NCBI GenBank assembly: GCA_963765125.1 | Contig: CAVXUZ010000005.1 | Location: 33,596 to 97,595, forward strand | Direction: 5' to 3' | DNA from: an uncultured candidate division WWE3 bacterium | GTDB taxonomy: Bacteria > Patescibacteriota > WWE3 > UBA101185 > UBA10185 | Length of the DNA stretch: 64,000 nucleotides | Shown here: piece by piece, positions 37,848 to 45,761 of the stretch | How the letters are laid out: each line of letters starts with the position of its first letter | Numbering within the stretch: position 1 is the stretch's first letter | Translations under genes and position numbers: made by a program | Notes under the pieces: model-generated | Databases searched by the model: none | Seen by the model: only the letters and a program-made list of their open reading frames with translations | What the model was told of the DNA's origin: nothing

Positions 37848-40097
37848 GTGAACAATACTTCACCTTGCCTAAAACTTAATACCATATTATTAATCCGTTT
37901 GTTAATTTTTATTACTAGTGCTTTTTTACTTTCATTTGCTACAAAAAACGTTATTTACGCAGGCTGCGCCGCAAACGAATGTGACGGACCAGGTGAATAC
38001 GAGTGCGAGAATGGAACGATGTGCTGTACAGGCGGCGGATGTCCATCAAACAGATGTCCAGCCAACTGCACTGCTAGAATTTATTCGGGTTATTGGACGT
38101 GTAATTGTACACTATCAAGAGAGGTATGTTCCATTCCTACACCGTATGATTGTGAGCCTTGCATTACTGAAAGGGTGTGTGGACCAGAGACAACATGTGG
38201 TTATGTGAGTAGTTCAACATGTGCACAATGGGCTACCCGTTCTTACCCATGTCGACAAAAGACATGTTGGTATAATTATTGTTGGTACACTTGGGGCACA
38301 TGCAAGTCAACATACTGTGCAAGATACTATCAGGTTTGGCGCTGCTCAACCACAGACGTTTGCAAAAATGTTAAAAATTGTAGTACTTGCTACAAAAAAA
38401 ATTGCTTCATAGAGTACTACGAAGATCAAACAACCTACACCGCTAGAGGTACATGTAAATACTGTACACAGGGTGGCGGCGGGGGTGGTGGCTCTTGCAC
38501 AACTAACCCAACTGCGCCTACTTTAAATACCCCATTTGAAGGTTCGTCAATGCAAGGTAGTCTAGCAATTGATTTTAGCTGGAATGCCCCGACAAGTTGG
38601 GGGGCTAATTGTACGCCCGCAAGTTACTTTCTAATGGTTGATGACGAGAGTAGTTTTACAGACCCCCGAGTGCACAGCGTGTCGTACCCAACTTCGACTA
38701 CATCACAAACCGTTACAATGCCGGGAGAAGATACTTATTTTTGGAGAGTTCAGGCGTGTAATCAACGCGGCTGTACCTCATCTGTCACGAGGTCATTTAA
38801 CTTTAGTTGCGGTATAGCTCCTGGTAGAGCAACTAACCCATCGCCGTCAGATGGTGCGACCGACGTTACTATTGCACCAACACTATCATGGGATGGCCCA
38901 TCAGATTGGGGTTCAGCATGTGGTATGAACAACAACAATAGATTCACAGTTTACGGTCAGGTTAAAAATGGAGTATGTGAGGGTCCAGGTTCTGGCTATT
39001 CTGCAATACCTTCTTGTACAAATTTACCTGAGGGTACGACATCTTGTATAGACCCATTTTTCAACACCAGCAGTACCCCTTACTGTTGGTATGTTTCCAC
39101 AAACAACGGTACAGAGACGACGCTTTCTGCCTCTACTGCTGATGAAGTATGGGAGTTTAGAACAGAAGAGCCCATCACTTATACAAATTGGGTTACTGCA
39201 TTGTTTGGTGATTTTTATGCAGGAGGTTTAACCGAGCAATACCCAAGCACAACACGCTATGTGACGCCTTGGAATCCTCCATATGCAGCATATGAAAAAG
39301 AACCTACCTCCTCTGATGAGCCAAACGTAGCACTTATCACAAGCAATGATACGGATATAACAAATGATAATGGTGCTAATGAATACAATCCCGGATCTCA
39401 ATCAAATCTATCAGTTGAATTTGCTAACTTTGAAGAAACATGGCCTGCAAGCTACCGCGGTACTCCCCCAGCTTCAGCTATTAATTTACCTTTAAATGGA
39501 GGCTCTTGTTCAGATATCTTCACAGGTAGTACAAAGCTTGATCCTTACGAAGTATATGAAGCTGATGCAAGCTGTATGTCAGAAGCAATCAATGCAGTTG
39601 ATGGTAACCCCAATGGCTATTCACTAGCCTCAGACGGTTATACAGTTATCTTTGTTACAGGAAGCACAAACCTTGAAATAGACAGTCCATTTACCACATC
39701 AAATGATGATTACCGTGTGGTATTTGTTACTGGACCTAATGTTTCAGTACAGATAGATAGAAACTTAAAGTTAGCAACCGATCCTGATTTTAACAGTGAG
39801 CCTTTAATTGAAGCTGCCTTTATCGTTACCAAAGACTTAACCATTGAGGGTGCTGCTAACGATTCATCTATAGACCTAACTACTGATCCAGATGGTTCAA
39901 TTATGGTTGAGGGTCCACTTATCGCAAGAACAGTAAACTTTAACAGAAACAGAGGTCTAACTAATCAATATCCATCAGAGATTGTTAAATACAATCCTAA
40001 CTACATATATAACCTAACAGAACAAGAAAGAACCTCTCTAAAAAACAATGGTTCAGGCCTGTTTGTTATTGATATTACTTGGATGAATGTAGACTAG
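37848..40097 (+). CDS. Giant secreted protein 1 (749 aa): signal peptide, extremely Cys-rich module, Gly7 linker, two FN3-like domains, and a conserved C-terminal domain shared with the 43554 gene
   Basis: About 40 Cys in residues 38-218 (CAANECDGPGEYECENGTMCC...CKYCTQGGGGGGGSC). FN3-like repeats with the W...Y.W.VQACN..GC...TRSF pattern. C-terminal 261 codons nearly identical at the DNA level to 44931-45714. Confidence 0.7.
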   Translation: MNNTSPCLKLNTILLIRLLIFITSAFLLSFATKNVIYAGCAANECDGPGEYECENGTMCCTGGGCPSNRCPANCTARIYSGYWTCNCTLSREVCSIPTPYDCEPCITERVCGPETTCGYVSSSTCAQWATRSYPCRQKTCWYNYCWYTWGTCKSTYCARYYQVWRCSTTDVCKNVKNCSTCYKKNCFIEYYEDQTTYTARGTCKYCTQGGGGGGGSCTTNPTAPTLNTPFEGSSMQGSLAIDFSWNAPTSWGANCTPASYFLMVDDESSFTDPRVHSVSYPTSTTSQTVTMPGEDTYFWRVQACNQRGCTSSVTRSFNFSCGIAPGRATNPSPSDGATDVTIAPTLSWDGPSDWGSACGMNNNNRFTVYGQVKNGVCEGPGSGYSAIPSCTNLPEGTTSCIDPFFNTSSTPYCWYVSTNNGTETTLSASTADEVWEFRTEEPITYTNWVTALFGDFYAGGLTEQYPSTTRYVTPWNPPYAAYEKEPTSSDEPNVALITSNDTDITNDNGANEYNPGSQSNLSVEFANFEETWPASYRGTPPASAINLPLNGGSCSDIFTGSTKLDPYEVYEADASCMSEAINAVDGNPNGYSLASDGYTVIFVTGSTNLEIDSPFTTSNDDYRVVFVTGPNVSVQIDRNLKLATDPDFNSEPLIEAAFIVTKDLTIEGAANDSSIDLTTDPDGSIMVEGPLIARTVNFNRNRGLTNQYPSEIVKYNPNYIYNLTEQERTSLKNNGSGLFVIDITWMNVD
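39267..40050 (+). repeat. 784-bp intragenomic direct repeat, copy 1 (partner at 44931-45714); in-frame coding sequence
   Basis: Base-by-base comparison of the printed lines. The copies are identical except two adjacent third-position synonymous differences at 39956-39957 (ggtcta versus gggtta). Confidence 0.85.
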
Positions 40098-40271
40098 CTA
40101 CTTTAAAATAGGGTTATGTTATTAAACCAATATTGAATTTTGGCCTGTTGATAAGGTAAGAAAAAGTCTTATGATATTGTTAACAAAACTAGACAGTAAA
40201 GACCCAGTAGATTGCGATCGCAAACTGTGTGCCAGTGTCTACTTAAAAAATAGAAATTTTGTAATTTAATA

Positions 40272-40802
40272 ATGCCCGTTAAAGATTACATACAAAAGAA
40301 AAAATTCTCCGTCACCATACTTCTGATAGTTATTGTTGTAACACTAATTACTGTAGGTTTCGTAATGCCGCTCATCACCAACCCAGAAAAAAAAGTTGCT
40401 AAAGATACAAAGACAACGCAAGTTGGAAAACTAGACGCAAACATGTTGCCATCAGAATTTGTAAAAGCGTTTTCAGAAGGGTCAATGTATTTTAAAAATT
40501 GGAACTGGCATGACAAAATGGTGCAAGTCATAATTACAGACTCAAGCGTTAGTGAAGATTCGATGGCAGGCTACATCAGAAACCTAACTGATAAATTTCC
40601 TGACAGAGAAAACAGAAGATTTTTTAACTCGTGCACGCCTGAACAAACTTTTGCTGTGTCTAACGTCAACCCAACTAAAAGCGTTTTAGCAAAAGGTTTT
40701 GGTTTAGTGAGCCGTGCCTCTGCGGGAGACATCTTATATACGTACTGTCTTGACGAAAACTGTGTAAACCTCGGCAAGAGCTGCGTGCTGATTGAATTTT
40801 AA
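40272..40802 (+). CDS. Membrane-anchored small secreted protein, member 3 of the C-x3-C-x6-C family
   Basis: Signal-anchor FSVTILLIVIVVTLITVGFVM. C-terminus ...ASAGDILYTYCLDENCVNLGKSCVLIEF. About 45% identical to the 35635 product over the C-terminal half. Confidence 0.6.
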   Translation: MPVKDYIQKKKFSVTILLIVIVVTLITVGFVMPLITNPEKKVAKDTKTTQVGKLDANMLPSEFVKAFSEGSMYFKNWNWHDKMVQVIITDSSVSEDSMAGYIRNLTDKFPDRENRRFFNSCTPEQTFAVSNVNPTKSVLAKGFGLVSRASAGDILYTYCLDENCVNLGKSCVLIEF

Positions 40803-40865
40803 ATAATCCCCTACTTTATGTTTTTTGGTTTGGTGATTTTTTTTGCGTCGGTGGATAACCGATAG

Positions 40866-40902
40866 CCTATAGTTGATTTTTATGCTGAAAATGTGAGTTA
40901 AT
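40866..40902 (+). promoter_or_regulatory. Conserved upstream element CCTATAGTTG-N17-TGAGTTAAT (putative promoter/operator), copy 2 of 4
   Basis: The same bipartite motif with the same spacing occurs at 36773, 41465 and 42179, each about 45-60 nt upstream of a secreted-protein gene. Confidence 0.45.
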
Positions 40903-40948
40903 CCTTATCAATTGTATGTGCTCAGTCAATACCGCAAAGGAGGTACAA

Positions 40949-41386
40949 ATGGCTGTTAAGAATGGCTCGGCTGTATTTGTTGTTGTGAGCGTTTTATTAC
41001 TGGTTATGGTACTTGTAGTGACGATTGTTTATATAACATTAAAACTTACTGCACCGATTGAGTTAAGGAGCTTTACGGACGTAACTGACAAAGTTATCTC
41101 TGGAGAGATTGTTTGCGCCCCATTGGGAGACGCGCAGTTAGAAAGAACAAGACTTGGTCTAAAATCAGGTCGCACCACTATAGTAAATCAACTCTACCCG
41201 AGTCATAACGTGTCAGTGGCATGTTCCTTTCTTGTGGTGCTCGAGTCAGCTAATCCAGAAGTAGTTACGATCGTTTATTACAAAAAAGGTGGAGTTAGGG
41301 TAGTGGAGAGGGTTTTAATAGACCCGCGGAATGCAGCGCAACTCTGGAAAAATGCTAAACCGGTAAATGGTAACTTAAATTTATAA
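40949..41386 (+). CDS. Small secreted/membrane-anchored protein, tandem paralog A (146 aa)
   Basis: Start at the ATG preceded by AAAGGAGGTACAAATG, which is the identical RBS context of the 42261 gene. Signal-anchor AVFVVVSVLLLVMVLVVTIVYI. Conserved blocks VISGEIVCAPLGD and VVTIVYYKKGGVRVVERVLIDPRNAAQLWKNA are shared with the 41548 and 42261 products. Confidence 0.55.
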   Translation: MAVKNGSAVFVVVSVLLLVMVLVVTIVYITLKLTAPIELRSFTDVTDKVISGEIVCAPLGDAQLERTRLGLKSGRTTIVNQLYPSHNVSVACSFLVVLESANPEVVTIVYYKKGGVRVVERVLIDPRNAAQLWKNAKPVNGNLNL

Positions 41387-41401
41387 ATTGTAGATTTGTT
41401 A

Positions 41402-41440
41402 GTCCCCATCTCTTTCACCAAGATGTGGGGATTTAATTTG
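41402..41440 (+). terminator. Stem-loop terminator after paralog A
   Basis: TCCCCATCTCTTTCACCAAGATGTGGGGA followed by TTTAATTTG. Confidence 0.4.
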
Positions 41441-41464
41441 TTTGATAGCCCAACACAAATAGTA

Positions 41465-41500
41465 CCTATAGTTGCACTTAGCAAAGATTTATGAGTAAAT
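41465..41500 (+). promoter_or_regulatory. Conserved upstream element CCTATAGTTG-N17-TGAGTAAAT, copy 3 of 4
   Basis: Same motif and spacing as at 40866 and 42179. Confidence 0.45.
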
Positions 41501-41547
41501 AGCATCAAGATAAATCCGTATATTCCACATCAAGGAAGGAGGGAAGA

Positions 41548-42099
41548 GTGGCTACAAATAACAACTTTAGTAAGGTTGTAGTTTTAATGCTTGCTGTGCT
41601 ACTGGTTGCTGTTTCAGGTTGTAATGAGACTCAGGCAAGTGTTTCACCGACCGTTGAACCAACTCTGGCACCAACGATCGTGATTAAAAATATTGCTACA
41701 ACGACGCTGCCACCAACTACCAAGCCCACGTTAGTACCAACACCTTCGGAGGAACTTGGGTCAACATCAACACCAATAGCTGTAGTAGAAATTAGATCAC
41801 TAGATGAATTGATTACTACTGTTAATAATGAAGTTATTGCTGGTGCACCCATCTGTGGAACACCCAAACTTGGGGATTCAGGAGTAACGTTATCTAACGG
41901 TTTTAAGTACTTAAGCTTAAAAACAAAAGTGTTTCCGGATTTAGAAAAAATACTTTGCCAGTACCTTATTATTATGCCAAATGAGCATACTCCAACTGTT
42001 ACAGCAGTATATTTAAGAGATGGTGTGTACCTACTTGAAAATGTAAAGATCGAAAAGAGCCTATTAAATGATTTTTGGAAAAAAGGTTTAACTGAGTAG
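41548..42099 (+). CDS. Lipoprotein, tandem paralog B (183 aa); GTG start
   Basis: Signal peptide with lipobox LLVAVSGC. Thr/Pro-rich linker. C-terminal domain VIAGAPICGTPKLGDSGVTLSNGFKYLSLKTKVFPDLEKILCQYLIIMPNEHTPTVTAVYLRDGVYLLENVKIEKSLLNDFWKKGL is homologous to the 42261 product. Confidence 0.55.
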   Translation: MATNNNFSKVVVLMLAVLLVAVSGCNETQASVSPTVEPTLAPTIVIKNIATTTLPPTTKPTLVPTPSEELGSTSTPIAVVEIRSLDELITTVNNEVIAGAPICGTPKLGDSGVTLSNGFKYLSLKTKVFPDLEKILCQYLIIMPNEHTPTVTAVYLRDGVYLLENVKIEKSLLNDFWKKGLTE

Positions 42100-42120
42100 T
42101 AAACACCTAAGTCGCAATCA

Positions 42121-42162
42121 AACCCCACCTTACTTTTTAAGAAGATGGGGTATTTTTTTAAA
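42121..42162 (+). terminator. Stem-loop terminator after paralog B
   Basis: AACCCCACCTTACTTTTTAAGAAGATGGGGT followed by ATTTTTTT. Confidence 0.45.
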
Positions 42163-42178
42163 AAGCATTTTAACATGC

Positions 42179-42214
42179 CCTATAGTTGCAAATTTACCTA
42201 AAATATGAGTAAAT
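42179..42214 (+). promoter_or_regulatory. Conserved upstream element CCTATAGTTG-N17-TGAGTAAAT, copy 4 of 4
   Basis: Reads as TTGCAA-N17-GTAAAT (sigma70-like) preceded by the conserved CCTATAG. Confidence 0.45.
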
Positions 42215-42260
42215 AACAACAGAACAAATCAACGCAAACAATACCATAAAGGAGGTACAA

Positions 42261-42764
42261 ATGAATGCGAAAAATAACCACACTAAGGTTATGGTTGTTG
42301 TTATTGTTATAGTAGCAATACTGGTCATGGGTTATACCACAGCAGACGCAGGGTATCTTCTGACAGGAAAAAATACTCTGGGATCCAAGGTTGCGCGGAG
42401 CTCAGTGTCGTCTTCGATGGCTGATTCCACCTTGATGTTCTTGCCAATATCCCTAGACGAGAAAATTGATTCTATCGCAGAAGATGTAATTGCTGGAAAG
42501 ACAGTATGCGGTGATCCAGGAGCTGACTTAACAGCCATGAAGTTTGACTCTGGATACAGATACGTAAGATGGCATGTAACAAAGTTTCCGGAGTACAAAC
42601 AGGTGATGTGTAAACTCATTGTTGTGCTACCGTCAGAAAAGTCGTCCACTGTTTTTGTTGTATATTTAAACAACGGCGATTACACGGTTAGTGAGGCCCT
42701 TGTTGATTCCAAAATACTTAAATCTTTTTGGAAAAGAAGTCTATTGATAACCACAGAATCTTGA
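42261..42764 (+). CDS. Secreted/membrane-anchored protein, tandem paralog C (167 aa)
   Basis: RBS AAAGGAGGTACAAATG. Signal-anchor VMVVVIVIVAILVMGY. C-terminal domain VIAGKTVCGDPGADLTAMKFDSGYRYVRWHVTKFPEYKQVMCKLIVVLPSEKSSTVFVVYLNNGDYTVSEALVDSKILKSFWKRSL. Confidence 0.55.
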   Translation: MNAKNNHTKVMVVVIVIVAILVMGYTTADAGYLLTGKNTLGSKVARSSVSSSMADSTLMFLPISLDEKIDSIAEDVIAGKTVCGDPGADLTAMKFDSGYRYVRWHVTKFPEYKQVMCKLIVVLPSEKSSTVFVVYLNNGDYTVSEALVDSKILKSFWKRSLLITTES

Positions 42765-42770
42765 TAGGAG

Positions 42771-42810
42771 ATCCCCACTTCAATTTTATTGGACTGGGGA
42801 TTTACTTTAT
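42771..42810 (+). terminator. Stem-loop terminator after paralog C
   Basis: ATCCCCA-cttcaattttattggac-TGGGGAT has a perfect 7-bp stem and is followed by TTACTTTAT. Confidence 0.45.
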
Positions 42811-42811
42811 G

Positions 42812-42840
42812 TTGACATAGGTGAACAATAATTACATAAT
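42812..42840 (+). promoter_or_regulatory. Sigma70-like promoter TTGACA-N17-CATAAT ending 6 nt before the GTG/ATG start of the 42847 gene (possible leaderless transcript)
   Basis: Consensus -35 TTGACA at 42812-42817. 17-nt spacer. -10 CATAAT at 42835-42840. Confidence 0.5.
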
Positions 42841-42846
42841 TTTACT

Positions 42847-43575
42847 GTGATGAATGTATTGCCCAAAAGAAACGCCATCCTGGTAAGTGTAATTATAATC
42901 TTGTTTACTCTAACGCTATTATCCATCGTGCCGTACTTAACGTTAAGAAGCTACATCAAAAGAAATGTTGATAAAAATATAGAATATGTGTTTTACGTTG
43001 AGGTAGAAGATTCATTAAAAAATTCAAAATATCCAAATCTTGCGACTTGGTACCTAAGTAAGGTACAGAACTTTTATAAAGCAGTACTTAATAGGGAGTT
43101 TCTTGTAGAGCTACCTGATTATAATACTGTTTTTCAAGCCTACGACTACACCGAATACCCAGCTGTATTTTTGGTCAAGAATTATGACTTACCAACAGAC
43201 GAGATAAGTATTGAATTTGTAATGCCCACTGATTTTGCTGAATTTACAGCAGTAGCAAAGTTGAACTGCGGTAAGGCAACAACGCGTGCTGGTGTATACA
43301 GTGCTAGCCAGCAAACCGAGAAATGGGCAATACTCAAGGAGTTACGACAGAGTAATCTTAGCGAAGAAGACAGGTTTACTTTGATTGGTAAATTATATCG
43401 CGCAATTCCGTTTGAAGAACAGCTATCAGTGGAAAATGGTGTTGGCCAGACAATTCAGGAGATGCTGGAGCGATCAGAAATAACACAGGACAAAAGGCAG
43501 CTAAAATTGGTAACAACTTGTAGAGAGGACCAGTGTGACAATACCTCTGAGCAATGTATTCTGTACATTCAATAA
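42847..43575 (+). CDS. Membrane-anchored secreted protein (242 aa), divergent member 4 of the C-x3-C-x6-C family; overlaps the start of giant protein 2 by 22 nt
   Basis: Signal-anchor AILVSVIIILFTLTLLSIV. C-terminus ...KLVTTCREDQCDNTSEQCILYIQ. Confidence 0.55.
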   Translation: MMNVLPKRNAILVSVIIILFTLTLLSIVPYLTLRSYIKRNVDKNIEYVFYVEVEDSLKNSKYPNLATWYLSKVQNFYKAVLNREFLVELPDYNTVFQAYDYTEYPAVFLVKNYDLPTDEISIEFVMPTDFAEFTAVAKLNCGKATTRAGVYSASQQTEKWAILKELRQSNLSEEDRFTLIGKLYRAIPFEEQLSVENGVGQTIQEMLERSEITQDKRQLKLVTTCREDQCDNTSEQCILYIQ

Positions 43576-45761
43576 ATATGAAAATTAATAAAAACTATAC
43601 TAATAAGAGTGCCTTACCTTTTGTAGCGTCATTGTTTCTTGCGTGTGTTATTTTGTTTAGTCCTGTTGCCGATGCAAAAATTTACAATCCTAAACCAAAA
43701 CCTGGAAAATATATTAACTGGGACAGAGTTTACAAAGAGAGAATAAATAAAATTCATGAGAAGGATGCCAAGATGGCGGCGACTTACGCAAGACTGGCAG
43801 CTAAAAACCCAGATAAGCTGAGAGATTTAATCGATACATGGGCAGCAAACAAAGGTATTACTCATGATCAGTTTAATGTCTGGGAGGTAAAGAATCTTTA
43901 TTCAATAATCTCGGGAGGAAGCGTTGTCCTTGGTAGCTTTGGGCCGTCTGCGGACTATGAGTTTATTGTCAGCGATGACGGCACAAAGATGTATTGGAGT
44001 GACGCCACCGGCGGTTATACAAGTATAACTGTACCTGCGCGTTACACTACAGTATCAGGTCAGTATGCGTCATATAATTCATCAACTGGTGTTGTTTGTT
44101 ACAGTTGGATTGGTTGTACTATACCAACTACCGCATCTAATGGAAATACAAACAATGGATGTAGTGGGCTACCTACGGCGCCACCACTTGTTAGTCCCCT
44201 CAACGGTGCAACAATCTTTGAGAATAAAACGATTAGTTTTCAGTGGGGTGCACCCACTGGGTGGGGTACAAACTGTCCAACTCATGTATATAGGCTACAA
44301 GTTGACGACGAAAACACGTTTAGTGAGCCTTCTGCTTTAGATTCTGGTTTTGATGGTAGTACAACCTCAACGACAGCAGATTTTACTTTAAATAAAGAGT
44401 ACTTTTGGAAAGTTCAAGCTTGTAACGCAAAAGGATGCACCCCCTCTGTAACAAGATCATTCATACTTGGTTGCGGTATCGCTCCAGGAGTTGCATCAAA
44501 CCCAACACCTTCAGACGGTGCAATAGATGTAGTTATTGCACCAACACTGTCTTGGGATGGTCCATCCGATTGGGGCTCAGCATGCGGTATGGATAACAAT
44601 AATACATTTACGGTATACGGTCAGGTTAAAAATGGACTGTGTGAAACTCCAGGCCCAGGTTATTCTGCAATTCCAACTTGTACAAACCTCTCTGAAGCAT
44701 CAACATCTTGTGTAGATCCATTCTTTAACACTCGAAGCACACCATATTGCTGGTATGTAGGAACAAACAATGGAACAGAAAGTAATACGTCAGCAGCAAC
44801 AGCTGACCAAGTATGGGAGTTTAGAACTGAAGACCCCCTTCTCTTTGAAAACTGGGTAACCACACTTTTTGGTGATTTTTATGCAGATACTCTTGCAGAA
44901 CAATATCCTAAATCAGCAAACTACGCATCCCCTTGGAATCCTCCATATGCAGCATATGAAAAAGAACCTACCTCCTCTGATGAGCCAAACGTAGCACTTA
45001 TCACAAGCAATGATACGGATATAACAAATGATAATGGTGCTAATGAATACAATCCCGGATCTCAATCAAATCTATCAGTTGAATTTGCTAACTTTGAAGA
45101 AACATGGCCTGCAAGCTACCGCGGTACTCCCCCAGCTTCAGCTATTAATTTACCTTTAAATGGAGGCTCTTGTTCAGATATCTTCACAGGTAGTACAAAG
45201 CTTGATCCTTACGAAGTATATGAAGCTGATGCAAGCTGTATGTCAGAAGCAATCAATGCAGTTGATGGTAACCCCAATGGCTATTCACTAGCCTCAGACG
45301 GTTATACAGTTATCTTTGTTACAGGAAGCACAAACCTTGAAATAGACAGTCCATTTACCACATCAAATGATGATTACCGTGTGGTATTTGTTACTGGACC
45401 TAATGTTTCAGTACAGATAGATAGAAACTTAAAGTTAGCAACCGATCCTGATTTTAACAGTGAGCCTTTAATTGAAGCTGCCTTTATCGTTACCAAAGAC
45501 TTAACCATTGAGGGTGCTGCTAACGATTCATCTATAGACCTAACTACTGATCCAGATGGTTCAATTATGGTTGAGGGTCCACTTATCGCAAGAACAGTAA
45601 ACTTTAACAGAAACAGAGGGTTAACTAATCAATATCCATCAGAGATTGTTAAATACAATCCTAACTACATATATAACCTAACAGAACAAGAAAGAACCTC
45701 TCTAAAAAACAATGACTCAGGTCTGTTTGTTGTTGATGTTACTTGGATTAGCGACGAATGA
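43554..45761 (+). CDS. Giant secreted protein 2 (735 aa): signal peptide, non-Cys-rich N-terminal domain, FN3-like domains, and the same conserved C-terminal domain as the 37848 gene
   Basis: Signal peptide ALPFVASLFLACVILFSPVADA. The FN3-like region is 70-85% identical to protein 1. The C-terminal 261 codons (44931-45714) are nearly identical in DNA to 39267-40050. Confidence 0.7.
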   Translation: MYSVHSINMKINKNYTNKSALPFVASLFLACVILFSPVADAKIYNPKPKPGKYINWDRVYKERINKIHEKDAKMAATYARLAAKNPDKLRDLIDTWAANKGITHDQFNVWEVKNLYSIISGGSVVLGSFGPSADYEFIVSDDGTKMYWSDATGGYTSITVPARYTTVSGQYASYNSSTGVVCYSWIGCTIPTTASNGNTNNGCSGLPTAPPLVSPLNGATIFENKTISFQWGAPTGWGTNCPTHVYRLQVDDENTFSEPSALDSGFDGSTTSTTADFTLNKEYFWKVQACNAKGCTPSVTRSFILGCGIAPGVASNPTPSDGAIDVVIAPTLSWDGPSDWGSACGMDNNNTFTVYGQVKNGLCETPGPGYSAIPTCTNLSEASTSCVDPFFNTRSTPYCWYVGTNNGTESNTSAATADQVWEFRTEDPLLFENWVTTLFGDFYADTLAEQYPKSANYASPWNPPYAAYEKEPTSSDEPNVALITSNDTDITNDNGANEYNPGSQSNLSVEFANFEETWPASYRGTPPASAINLPLNGGSCSDIFTGSTKLDPYEVYEADASCMSEAINAVDGNPNGYSLASDGYTVIFVTGSTNLEIDSPFTTSNDDYRVVFVTGPNVSVQIDRNLKLATDPDFNSEPLIEAAFIVTKDLTIEGAANDSSIDLTTDPDGSIMVEGPLIARTVNFNRNRGLTNQYPSEIVKYNPNYIYNLTEQERTSLKNNDSGLFVVDVTWISDE
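44931..45714 (+). repeat. 784-bp direct repeat, copy 2 (partner at 39267-40050)
   Basis: See copy 1. Identity breaks exactly at both ends (g/c before, g/a after). Confidence 0.85.

Noticed and set aside
37918-38412. Two off-frame ORFs (96 and 63 aa) inside the Cys-rich region of giant protein 1
   Set aside because: Alternative frame of a confidently coding region. No independent support.
39267-45714. Possibility that the 784-bp repeat is an IS, MITE or transposon
   Set aside because: Both copies are in-frame coding sequence continuing the upstream ORFs. There are no terminal inverted repeats, target-site duplications or transposase. The identity breaks inside genes.
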